From positions 1-54,164 of IMG/VR virus record IMGVR_UViG_3300022208_000005: DNA of 54,164 bases. One strand, written 5' to 3'. The notes under the pieces were generated by a model. It saw only the letters and a program-made list of their open reading frames with translations, did not search any database and was not told the origin of the DNA. Source of the stretch: a virus. Lineage: Duplodnaviria > Caudoviricetes. Within the stretch, counting starts at the first letter, position 1. Every line of letters begins with the position of its first letter. Below, one piece after another: positions 1 to 8,080 of this stretch. The position numbers and the translations under genes were made by a program.

Positions 1-1287
1 GCTGTATGTTGAACTCCAATTTATAATCTTCTTATACCTCTTGAGCTTCTTTCTCACAGCTTTAAGCTTTAGATGTATATGAGCTTCTGCTTCTGTGAAT
101 TTCTCTCTTCTTATAGGTACCCCATGTTCCTCACTTTCCTCATATACCCTAGAGGCTGGCATATAGATATGATTGAAGATCTTTTCTATTGGGGGGTCTT
201 TTCTCAATTGTTTCTTTAGTACACCATACAGCTTAAAGGTATAATAGATATCATACCCCAAGTAAGTTAGATAATTATCATAGTCTTTCTTAGTCTTTAT
301 ATTTCCTTTCTTAAGGTTTTTATCTATATCCCAATCAATAGCATTACACAGCTTAACAGCATTCTCCTTAAGGCCATTTGGTGTATTCTCATCCAAGGCG
401 TGTGATGCTAACATAGTATCGAAAGTTATTATGGGTTTAACACCAAAATGGTACCCTAAGAATAGGTCATCAAACTTACCATTCTGAGCTATTCTCTCAT
501 GAGTTAATTCTTCAAACTTTTCCACCCATAGCCTTACAAGTTTTTTCTGAGCTATCCTCTTATTACGCAAGGGGCTGTACTTCACATTTAGAGGTATGAT
601 ATATTGTACTCTATCATTACCAAACCCCAATAGGTTCACATAATCTTTAAATCTATTTAAACCAGTTGTCTCTATGTCATAGGTTAATTTTTTGTACCCC
701 TTTAATTTTAAATATCTGAAAGCTGAGTTAAGTTGTTTTAGATTAGATATAATCTTTAAGTTTAACTCTGGTAATTCTCTAGTGCTACCATTAACCATGT
801 CAGCAAAGTTATTAAAGGCCTGTATTACATAAGGGGTTTTACCAACATCTCTGTATATAATCCCAGGAGCATATGAGGCCATATATTTAAAGTTTGGCCC
901 TTCCTTAGCAATACCATTAGTTCCTGTGATAGAATCATTAGAGAAGGCTTTTAAGGCCTGTGCTCCCAATAGTAATATAAACCTGGGTTTAACCTCATTG
1001 ATTTCTTTATCTAGATGTAACTTACATTTTTTAATCTCACTAATCTTTAATTTAGTGCCATAGGGGGTTCTACATTTTATCAGATTAGTATAGTATACTT
1101 TTTCTGGGTCAATGCCAACATCCATAAGATGTGATCTTAGAGCTTTATCCATAGTAGCTTCATGGTTGTTCTCATCAATATCTTTAGCATTGGAGTTTAC
1201 TATCATGATATCTGCTCGCTTATTTCCACTCCCCGGAATACAAGGAGGAGCAGAGTGGACATATAGTCCACACTCCTTGCAAGTCAT
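1..1287 (-). CDS. polA: DNA polymerase family A, N-terminal part (UDG-like Fe-S domain plus 3'-5' exonuclease); continues across the contig join into 54164-52880
   Basis: Not in the ORF track. Hand translation from ATG 1287 gives MTCKECGLY...YYTNLIKCRTP...EIKKC...KPRFILLLGA (family-4 UDG-like fold), then ExoI YDIETTGL, ExoII AQNGKFDD and ExoIII YLGYDIYYT. It is in frame with ORF 52880..54088 through the terminal overlap, giving about 812 aa. Confidence 0.92.
   Translation of the reverse strand, partial: MTCKECGLYVHSAPPCIPGSGNKRADIMIVNSNAKDIDENNHEATMDKALRSHLMDVGIDPEKVYYTNLIKCRTPYGTKLKISEIKKCKLHLDKEINEVKPRFILLLGAQALKAFSNDSITGTNGIAKEGPNFKYMASYAPGIIYRDVGKTPYVIQAFNNFADMVNGSTRELPELNLKIISNLKQLNSAFRYLKLKGYKKLTYDIETTGLNRFKDYVNLLGFGNDRVQYIIPLNVKYSPLRNKRIAQKKLVRLWVEKFEELTHERIAQNGKFDDLFLGYHFGVKPIITFDTMLASHALDENTPNGLKENAVKLCNAIDWDIDKNLKKGNIKTKKDYDNYLTYLGYDIYYTFKLYGVLKKQLRKDPPIEKIFNHIYMPASRVYEESEEHGVPIRREKFTEAEAHIHLKLKAVRKKLKRYKKIINWSSTYS
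8..133. repeat. Terminal overlap, copy 1 (126 bp, identical to 54039-54164)
   Basis: Direct sequence match from gttgaactccaat to catgttcctca at both ends; typical of a circular assembly overlap. Confidence 0.95.
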
Positions 1288-1289
1288 AA

Positions 1290-2036
1290 CTAAAATACTC
1301 CTTGTATATCTTTGTTGTACACATGTAGTGAGAAGATAGTATGTGTGAACATTCCAGGTGTGTAACCAGTTTTATCAGCTACATAATTAAGCAGCTTCAT
1401 GGCAAGATATACATCATTAGGGAAATGGGTAGCATAATCACAGCTTCTCATGATGTAGTGTATATTAATCTTACCTTCCCTTACTTGGAAATTATAACCC
1501 AGTGAGCAGGGAACTCTTGACATGCCACCCATGTTCTGTGGGTCTTTGTTTGGGTCCCATAGAGACAACCAAGTCTGCCTAGAGTCTGGGTCATTCCTAA
1601 GTCTTTTGATTATGCCCCATAGTTGATCTTTCCAGTTAATGCGTTCATTATATGAGTAAGCAAACTGTCCTTCATGTAAGAACTCACTCCATATGCTATC
1701 TCTAAGTAGATAAGCTCTTCCAGGATTAATATACTCCATGTTTTTATGGTATTCTTCTATAGGCCCATTCCTTATATCTAGGCTGTCTGGGATAAATGAT
1801 TGATCTACCCTTTCTTCAAATTCAGCATCGGCCCAAGGTTGTGTTACTCTTGGTACCTTCTTAGGGTCACAATCAAGAATACGATAAGAGTAATCCTGTA
1901 GCTCTTTAGTGAAGTAATCTTCATTACCCTCTATGTTTTTGTCCTGCATTGACTTAGGCTTTACTAGTATACCCATCTCACTAATATCTCTTTTGATTTC
2001 CTCAAACGCCTCTGTTGCTGATACATAAAATCTCAT
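1290..2036 (-). CDS. Thymidylate-synthase-fold enzyme, probably a dCMP hydroxymethylase or methylase
   Basis: Motifs DPDSRQ, RVPCSL (catalytic Cys), MRSCDYATHFPND and SLHVY. Asp occupies the ThyA Asn177 position, as in T4 gp42 (RSNDVVFGFRND). The likely start is ATG 2036, which overlaps the upstream stop as TAATG. Confidence 0.8.
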   Translation of the reverse strand: MRFYVSATEAFEEIKRDISEMGILVKPKSMQDKNIEGNEDYFTKELQDYSYRILDCDPKKVPRVTQPWADAEFEERVDQSFIPDSLDIRNGPIEEYHKNMEYINPGRAYLLRDSIWSEFLHEGQFAYSYNERINWKDQLWGIIKRLRNDPDSRQTWLSLWDPNKDPQNMGGMSRVPCSLGYNFQVREGKINIHYIMRSCDYATHFPNDVYLAMKLLNYVADKTGYTPGMFTHTIFSLHVYNKDIQGVF

Positions 2037-2251
2037 TAGTGTTGTCCTCCCTGGAATAGTGAAGTATGGCACCCACAGATGGGGCACCTAGTTTTGAATT
2101 TAATAATATAATAACACAAGTATGCTACTGATACAACTCCAGCCGTTAATAGTCCTAAAGTGAATATCAACCAATTAAAGCTAGTTTTCCTAGGAGATAC
2201 CCACTGCTTACATTGTTTACAATATCTAGACATAACATCATCCTTTCTCAA
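2036..2251 (-). CDS. Small Zn-ribbon protein with a central hydrophobic segment (LITAF-like)
   Basis: CKQC, then a hydrophobic stretch, then CPICGC; overlaps both neighbouring genes. Confidence 0.6.
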   Translation of the reverse strand: MRKDDVMSRYCKQCKQWVSPRKTSFNWLIFTLGLLTAGVVSVAYLCYYIIKFKTRCPICGCHTSLFQGGQH

Positions 2252-2987
2252 AGTGATCTTTGATTGACAAAGACTCTATTGGTATAGCCGGGAACTTCTC
2301 AATCTTAAAATATAAATGTTGCATTCTCTGTAGTGCTTTGTAGCTGTGAATTTGATCTACTGTTTTGAAGAACCTTTCATAATTACTCATTAGCGACTTG
2401 TGCCAGGGGTGTTTACTTTTGCTTATCCCCTTTCTTGGTATACCAAAGAAGTCGAAGTAACCATTTATAAACATACCCGAACAGTAGATCTGATTAAAGT
2501 AGAATGCTATATCATCAATCTGACAACACTCAGGTAGTTCATTTATGAAGTGGTGTACCAGAACTAAGTCTGCTGCAAACCTTCTTTGAGATTCAGAGGT
2601 CCTCCAGTTCATATTGATCTTAGTCCAGGGGCCCTTCCTTTTCTTTCTGGTGATTACTACATTTAGTAAACAAGAGCCATTGTTTACCTGTTTCTGTTTA
2701 AAGTAGTAAGTCAATGACATACCCGAAGCTTTTGATAATTTAGCCTTGAATTGTTCTAATTGTTCCCAGTCAATGTAGGTTCTAAGTAGATGTGGCCATT
2801 TACCAGACTTATACCCAAACATGCCTAGATCAAGTGAGCATTTATGAGACTCACAAGTTAATAATACATTATCATTGTATCCCTGGATAGATTGGGTATA
2901 GGTTATATACTCATCAGGGTTCTCAAGAAACCCTTGGTTTAATTTCAGGAACAACTCATCTAGGTCTTTGTAGTGCTTAACCAACAT
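2238..2987 (-). CDS. Second, divergent thymidylate-synthase-fold protein
   Basis: NNGSCLLNVVI (Cys in the PC-like position) followed by WRTSESQRRFAAD, which has the same spacing as RSCD...ND in the paralog; similar length (249 aa). Confidence 0.55.
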   Translation of the reverse strand: MLVKHYKDLDELFLKLNQGFLENPDEYITYTQSIQGYNDNVLLTCESHKCSLDLGMFGYKSGKWPHLLRTYIDWEQLEQFKAKLSKASGMSLTYYFKQKQVNNGSCLLNVVITRKKRKGPWTKINMNWRTSESQRRFAADLVLVHHFINELPECCQIDDIAFYFNQIYCSGMFINGYFDFFGIPRKGISKSKHPWHKSLMSNYERFFKTVDQIHSYKALQRMQHLYFKIEKFPAIPIESLSIKDHFEKG

Positions 2988-3637
2988 TAGTACTTGCTGC
3001 CTTGTCTAAAAGCATTAACCTGTGATTTCTTGAGATACACATTGGCTATATCTTCTGCTGGCATATTTGCAGCCTTAAAGAAAGTAAAATACTTAATCCA
3101 TACCTTAGACAGTTGTTCTTCGAAAGCCTTTACATCAGTTAGCATCTGACTTTGTTTCCATGGCTTATTCTTAAGCGTATTACACATCATTCCAAGTTCT
3201 TGGATGAACTCCTGAACATACATCCCATTCCAATAACCCTTTATGCCATTTGTTTGGGATAATAACAGATCCAGATAGTCATAGCCTTCTCTGGGATATA
3301 TGTCTAATATATCATCATGGTCCCAACCACATAGTAGAGTAAGTTCTGTTAAGAAGTGTAGGCCGTCTACAAGCTCTTCTTTGAAGTGTTCACTAATACC
3401 AGTATGTTCTAAAGCGTCAATTGCCTCCCCTAGCTCTTCTGTGATTCTCCAAGCAAAGTCCTTAATCCTAGCTTGTGACTTTTTACAGTTCAGATTAAGG
3501 GGGTTATCCTCCGTTTGACAAAGACCCGATAATGACTCAATGGGGTGGTACTTAACCATGAGTTCCCTCTGTCTGTCAAATATAGCTTGTAGTCTGTCAC
3601 CCGTTATCTCCTCATCTAATGCGTGTGTAATGTTCAT
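2987..3637 (-). CDS. All-alpha NTP pyrophosphatase (dCTPase or dimeric dUTPase-like)
   Basis: EELGEAIDA...EELVDGLHF, KPWKQ and YLKKSQVNAFRQGSKY resemble T4 gp56 and dimeric dUTPase motifs. Confidence 0.8.
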   Translation of the reverse strand: MNITHALDEEITGDRLQAIFDRQRELMVKYHPIESLSGLCQTEDNPLNLNCKKSQARIKDFAWRITEELGEAIDALEHTGISEHFKEELVDGLHFLTELTLLCGWDHDDILDIYPREGYDYLDLLLSQTNGIKGYWNGMYVQEFIQELGMMCNTLKNKPWKQSQMLTDVKAFEEQLSKVWIKYFTFFKAANMPAEDIANVYLKKSQVNAFRQGSKY

Positions 3638-4152
3638 CTTTTGCCCTCCTCATAAGTTTTGATAATGTCTTCCACTAAGGTTTCTAAACTGCTGTTTTTA
3701 TAATTATATATCACTGTGTTCCAACCTTTATAGGTTAGTTCTTGATATACATTATCACATTGCTTTAATAGCTGTACTTTCTTATCTATAACTCCGGGGT
3801 ATTGTTCTCTATCGCCAAAGTTAAAAATAAATTGGTCTGGTATTCTAGTATAGATAATGTAGGGGTTTTGATTTTTCACAGACTCTACTACAAGATCATT
3901 GAAGCTAAATTTCGGTGTATCTCTTAATACATTACCATAGACCATTTCTTCTATGAAAGCAAAACGATCATATAGCAGTATGGTATCTTTAGTATTCTTA
4001 TTAAGTTGACTAAGCATCCACTGCTCTTGTTCAAATTTGCTTAGTGGTCCGGGTGATTTACCAATTACACTCACATCAGGTAATAATGAGGCTAACTCAG
4101 CAACAAGTGTAGTCTTACCAGTGTTATCCATTCCGGTACAGATAATAATCAT
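3634..4152 (-). CDS. dNMP kinase (thymidylate-kinase-like P-loop protein)
   Basis: N-terminal GMDNTGKTT P-loop; DRF...EMVYG motif. Confidence 0.8.
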   Translation of the reverse strand: MIIICTGMDNTGKTTLVAELASLLPDVSVIGKSPGPLSKFEQEQWMLSQLNKNTKDTILLYDRFAFIEEMVYGNVLRDTPKFSFNDLVVESVKNQNPYIIYTRIPDQFIFNFGDREQYPGVIDKKVQLLKQCDNVYQELTYKGWNTVIYNYKNSSLETLVEDIIKTYEEGKR

Positions 4153-4577
4153 TTCTTCTTACCTCCTTTTGATGTAGTACTTCCTTCAACACTTCTTCCC
4201 CATGTATGATTATATTTCTTAAGCCAATAATCTTGATCTGATACCCCACATACTGGGCATTGCTTATGGGTTAATTTTTGGCTTTTGAATATTTGCCAAC
4301 TTTGACAGTATGGACACCATACTTGTCTAGCACTAGACCTGTGTTTTAACTCATCAATGGGACTGGCCTTGTAAACATCTACGAAATGCAATTCATAATG
4401 TATGCCCTCAAATTCTTTCATAAGCCTCTTTGAAAATATCTCCATCTGTTTCTTAGTATCAAACCTTTGAAACCCAGAATGGTATACAATTCCCCCTTTC
4501 CGATTCTTTATAATAAATACAACTAAGTTTCTTCTAAGGTAAAGTTTGTTGTTACTAAAGTCTAATGTGAATACCAT
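4149..4577 (-). CDS. Hypothetical Zn-ribbon protein
   Basis: WCPYC...QCPVCG; GGAGG ribosome site upstream. Confidence 0.6.
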   Translation of the reverse strand: MVFTLDFSNNKLYLRRNLVVFIIKNRKGGIVYHSGFQRFDTKKQMEIFSKRLMKEFEGIHYELHFVDVYKASPIDELKHRSSARQVWCPYCQSWQIFKSQKLTHKQCPVCGVSDQDYWLKKYNHTWGRSVEGSTTSKGGKKK

Positions 4578-4598
4578 AGGATAGACCTCCTTATCATC

Positions 4599-4626
4599 AT
4601 TATACCATATATAAGCTATGTGTCAA
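4599..4626 (-). promoter_or_regulatory. sigmaA-type promoter ahead of the nucleotide-modification/polymerase operon
   Basis: Minus strand TTGACA-16 nt-TATAAT with extended -10 TG. Confidence 0.6.
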
Positions 4627-6526
4627 TCCTATAGCGTCCATTTTTAAATAGTCTCATGTCATCTATTAGACTTGGGTTAAGTCCATGATCTTTAATCTCT
4701 TGTCTGGTTAAACCATTGGGATGTTGTTTCAGTAAAGTTATTATCTGTTCTCTGGCTTTAGTGGGGTCTTCACCAACCTTATTAACCTCAACATGGTAGT
4801 AGGGGTCACCAAATACACCCATCTTTATATCTAACTGAACCTGTGGAAATGTGCCAGCAAGTCTAAATTCTCTATCCATGATAACTTTAGATGGCATTGA
4901 GGATTGGGTATCTATGTCTTCTTCAGTTAGAGGTGTCTCTAAGTCTTCATCAGATCTCTTAAGATACCATGCTGATTCTATCCAGCCATGTAGTATACCA
5001 GAACCCATCATCTTTTGACCACCCCTAGTCTGTGTAGCATTCCCTCCTTTATTGTAGTGATGTATAACCATTACTCCAGTCTTATAATTATTTTTTAGGT
5101 GGAGCAACCACTGCAGTGCGGGATTAAGCTCAGAAGCTTTGTTTAGATCACCATCAAACATAAGGTAGAGGGGGTCAAATACCACAAGTACGGGTTTTAC
5201 TCTCTGCACTAATTCCTCTAATTGTTTCTTGTGGTCAATACTACTCATACTAAAACCCTGTTGGTTTATAAAATGTATAGGTAGGTTGGGTGGAAATTTT
5301 ATTTTCATTATATCTCTTTTCCTACTTACATTGCCAACTAAACCTCTATGAGATATGATCTTCTCTGTTCTGTCCTTCATTATCCAATCAGCATTCTCAT
5401 TCTGGACTACTATCACAGGTCCTGGTTCTAGTACTCTATACTTACCTAAGAATGGTGCTCCTGATGCAACTGACACCACTAAGTCTTGTGTAAAAGTAGA
5501 CTTGAATACCTTAGGTTGACCAGCTACAATACCATGGGACCTTCTACCCCAAAACCCTTCAATGAGCCAACCCGGAAATGACTTCATATTGGACATAACA
5601 TCATCATAAGAGTCTATGGTAAAGTCTCCTAAACTTTCGTCATTAGAGATATCATTATCAAGCTTACCCCCTATGATCTTATCTAACTCTTTCCTTAATC
5701 TTTTGTCTTCATCATTTCTACCTTTATATTTATTAAAGGCCGAGTTCTTAACCAGGAATATTACTTCATCCGGTGACATTCCTATATCTAATAACTTGTT
5801 CTCTATATACCAAATGGTAGAACTTCTATCAAGTGATGATATATCTCTTAAAGCTAGTAAGTCCATAACTTTCTTTGGCATACTATAATTTGCATATAGC
5901 TGCCTCTCTGTGAGACTAATGGTACTAAAGTCCATTTCAACCTTTTGGCTTGGTTTTGATTCCTTTACAGATACAAGCTTTCTTAGGTTCTTAGGTTTAT
6001 ATAGCTTCTTACCTACTTCAGGCATTTCTACTAAGGGTTTATTCTTATACTTATGGTTTGTAGTTCCCGGTATTCTATAGACATGGGTATAGTCGAAACA
6101 ATCATCACAACCTATAAATTCTGCCAGGCCCTTGTTCAGTGGTGTATATTCTGATTCTTCAATATATCTGTCTAGTTCCCATAATCCTTGATACTTACCT
6201 GGTGATGATTCCCAGAGTATCGTAGGTTTTGGGTCTAATGTTCCTACATCCTCAAACTCATCTATATCTTGTGCTAAATATTTTGATGGTAATGAGTTAT
6301 CTATTCTCCTATTAGGTTTACTGTAAGGCATTGGAGACCAATAGAGATCATATAGATTGTGAGGGTAATCCTTAAAAAACCTTTTGAGTCCTTTATCCAA
6401 ATTATTATATGGGATTGATACATCCTTCCACTTAATATTGGGGCCCTTAACGGACAAGATTATGTAGTCACCCTTTTCACATTGCTTGTGGTATATATCT
6501 TGTAGGAACTTTATACTTGGCTTCAT
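4616..6526 (-). CDS. Primase-helicase (RepB-type primase plus RecA-like AAA_25 helicase)
   Basis: QDIDE, WESSPGKYQGLW and RIPGTTNHKY (primase); GQPKVFKS Walker A, VFDP Walker B, VIHHYNK. Confidence 0.85.
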   Translation of the reverse strand: MKPSIKFLQDIYHKQCEKGDYIILSVKGPNIKWKDVSIPYNNLDKGLKRFFKDYPHNLYDLYWSPMPYSKPNRRIDNSLPSKYLAQDIDEFEDVGTLDPKPTILWESSPGKYQGLWELDRYIEESEYTPLNKGLAEFIGCDDCFDYTHVYRIPGTTNHKYKNKPLVEMPEVGKKLYKPKNLRKLVSVKESKPSQKVEMDFSTISLTERQLYANYSMPKKVMDLLALRDISSLDRSSTIWYIENKLLDIGMSPDEVIFLVKNSAFNKYKGRNDEDKRLRKELDKIIGGKLDNDISNDESLGDFTIDSYDDVMSNMKSFPGWLIEGFWGRRSHGIVAGQPKVFKSTFTQDLVVSVASGAPFLGKYRVLEPGPVIVVQNENADWIMKDRTEKIISHRGLVGNVSRKRDIMKIKFPPNLPIHFINQQGFSMSSIDHKKQLEELVQRVKPVLVVFDPLYLMFDGDLNKASELNPALQWLLHLKNNYKTGVMVIHHYNKGGNATQTRGGQKMMGSGILHGWIESAWYLKRSDEDLETPLTEEDIDTQSSMPSKVIMDREFRLAGTFPQVQLDIKMGVFGDPYYHVEVNKVGEDPTKAREQIITLLKQHPNGLTRQEIKDHGLNPSLIDDMRLFKNGRYRIDT

Positions 6527-6541
6527 AGTCCTACCCCTTTA

Positions 6542-6712
6542 TTAGTCTTCTACAAATTTGAACTCATAACCTTTACAGCTTTTCCTTTTACCCTGTAAAA
6601 CTTTTCTTATGTTCTGAGCACTTATACCAAGTACTTTAGAACAGTTGCTGATAGATTGGTATACAGTACCATCATTCAGGCATACTATAGCTTTAGGTTT
6701 ATTAAAGCTCAC
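6542..6712 (-). CDS. 56-aa NUMOD1-like helix-turn-helix protein
   Basis: Below the ORF-track cutoff; GTG start with GGAGG; MSFNKPKAIVCLNDGTVYQSISNCSKVLGISAQNIRKVLQGKRKSCKGYEFKFVED. Confidence 0.6.
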   Translation of the reverse strand: MSFNKPKAIVCLNDGTVYQSISNCSKVLGISAQNIRKVLQGKRKSCKGYEFKFVED

Positions 6713-6783
6713 GACTGAGTCCTCCTAACTTAAAAGAAAGGAGTGTAACGATTACACCCCATCCTGGATTTTATCATTTATGA

Positions 6784-7362
6784 TTATTCTTCGTCATCAG
6801 CCTCAAGCAGGGCGATCAACTTTTCTTTGGAATCTTTCTTTCCAGCCTTCAATCCTCTTTCCTTACATTCAGCTGCAAGTTCTTTCTTTGTCATGTCTTC
6901 ATAATCTGAAGCATCATCTTCTTCTTCCTCGTCATCAGAATCACCATCTGATTCTTCTAACAATTCAATGATCTCTTCTTTGCTCATCTTCTTAAGCTCT
7001 TTCTTTGTCACATCAGTTTCTTCTGCAGCGATGTTGATGAGTTCTTTCTTAGACATTGAATCATAATCTGAACCTTCTTCTTCGTCATCGTCTTCAGACT
7101 CTTCAGCATCTGGACCATCTTCATCCATTGCCTCTAGTTCAGCATCATAAGCAGACTTCACAGCATCAAGAGCAGTCTTAGCAGCTTCGATAGCTTCCTC
7201 TACTGATACATCACCATCTTCTGGGGTTCTTTCAATCAATTCATCGATAGCTTTCTCAGCTTTCTTAGAAGCTTTGTCATCCCCACCGAATCCTTCTTTT
7301 GCAAAACCCAGTAACTCTACATTTGTTGCTTCCTCTAACCACTTTGCTTTAGCTTTTGCCAT
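6784..7362 (-). CDS. Highly acidic protein with two SAP/Rho-N-like helical modules
   Basis: YDSMSKKELINIA...MSKEEIIELL and YEDMTKKELAAECKERGL...KEKLIALLE, separated by D/E tracts; GAGGAGG upstream of ATG 7362. Confidence 0.75.
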   Translation of the reverse strand: MAKAKAKWLEEATNVELLGFAKEGFGGDDKASKKAEKAIDELIERTPEDGDVSVEEAIEAAKTALDAVKSAYDAELEAMDEDGPDAEESEDDDEEEGSDYDSMSKKELINIAAEETDVTKKELKKMSKEEIIELLEESDGDSDDEEEEDDASDYEDMTKKELAAECKERGLKAGKKDSKEKLIALLEADDEE

Positions 7363-7425
7363 TTTCATTTCCTCCTCAGGATAGTTTAATATGTTTTTAA
7401 TCAACATTGTTTTGAGTACATTCTT

Positions 7426-7454
7426 ATATTACCATACCTAATGTCTAATGTCAA
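7426..7454 (-). promoter_or_regulatory. sigmaA-type promoter
   Basis: TTGACA-17 nt-TAATAT with extended -10 TG. Confidence 0.6.
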
Positions 7455-7459
7455 CGAAC

Positions 7460-8080
7460 TTAGTATAAAAATTCAGAATAATCTGTATATTGATTATATA
7501 TAAAGGCCAGACCCTTCCTAGAGCTAATATAATCACACATGTGGACAAACATTTCATCTGGTTTCTGAGGGATTGGGAACTCTATCTCTTCACCTTTCTT
7601 ATTATTCCATTGCCCCATGTGACAAGCTATTAGTCTACATACTTCTTTATATATAGTAGGGTACTCTTTCTTGAGTGGCTTTAGGATAGCTGCAGCCTTT
7701 ATAGGGTGGTCCCAATCTGGCTTACCAATATCATGTAATATTAAAGCAGCTTGTACCAGATCATGATCTAACTCTTTAACTACTATCTTCATTTCTGAAG
7801 CTATGTAGCATGCAGCCTTAACATGTCTTACTAAGCCACCAACTCCAGAACTAGGTTGTGGATGAAATTTACCTGTAGCCGAAGCAGGTAATATAAAGAA
7901 GGACTCATCTACACATTCCATCAATGCCCTTTTAACAAATAAAGCCACATCACCTTCTTTTATTCTTTGTATCTCTGGTTCCAGACTTTTTAACCCCATT
8001 CTTCTTACTAGGCTTAGTTCCTGTACTACCTCTGCCTTCTTTGACTTCTTTGACTTCCTTACTCTTTTTACCAACCTCAT
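7460..8080 (-). CDS. HD-domain phosphohydrolase or nuclease
   Basis: KFHP...GGLVRH, LILHDIGK, IACHMG, VHMCDY. Confidence 0.8.
   Translation of the reverse strand: MRLVKRVRKSKKSKKAEVVQELSLVRRMGLKSLEPEIQRIKEGDVALFVKRALMECVDESFFILPASATGKFHPQPSSGVGGLVRHVKAACYIASEMKIVVKELDHDLVQAALILHDIGKPDWDHPIKAAAILKPLKKEYPTIYKEVCRLIACHMGQWNNKKGEEIEFPIPQKPDEMFVHMCDYISSRKGLAFIYNQYTDYSEFLY

Noticed and set aside
1290-2036. Ordinary ThyA, or SPO1-type dUMP hydroxymethylase
   Set aside because: The specificity position is Asp rather than the Asn expected for dUMP substrates; disfavoured, but not excluded without an assay.
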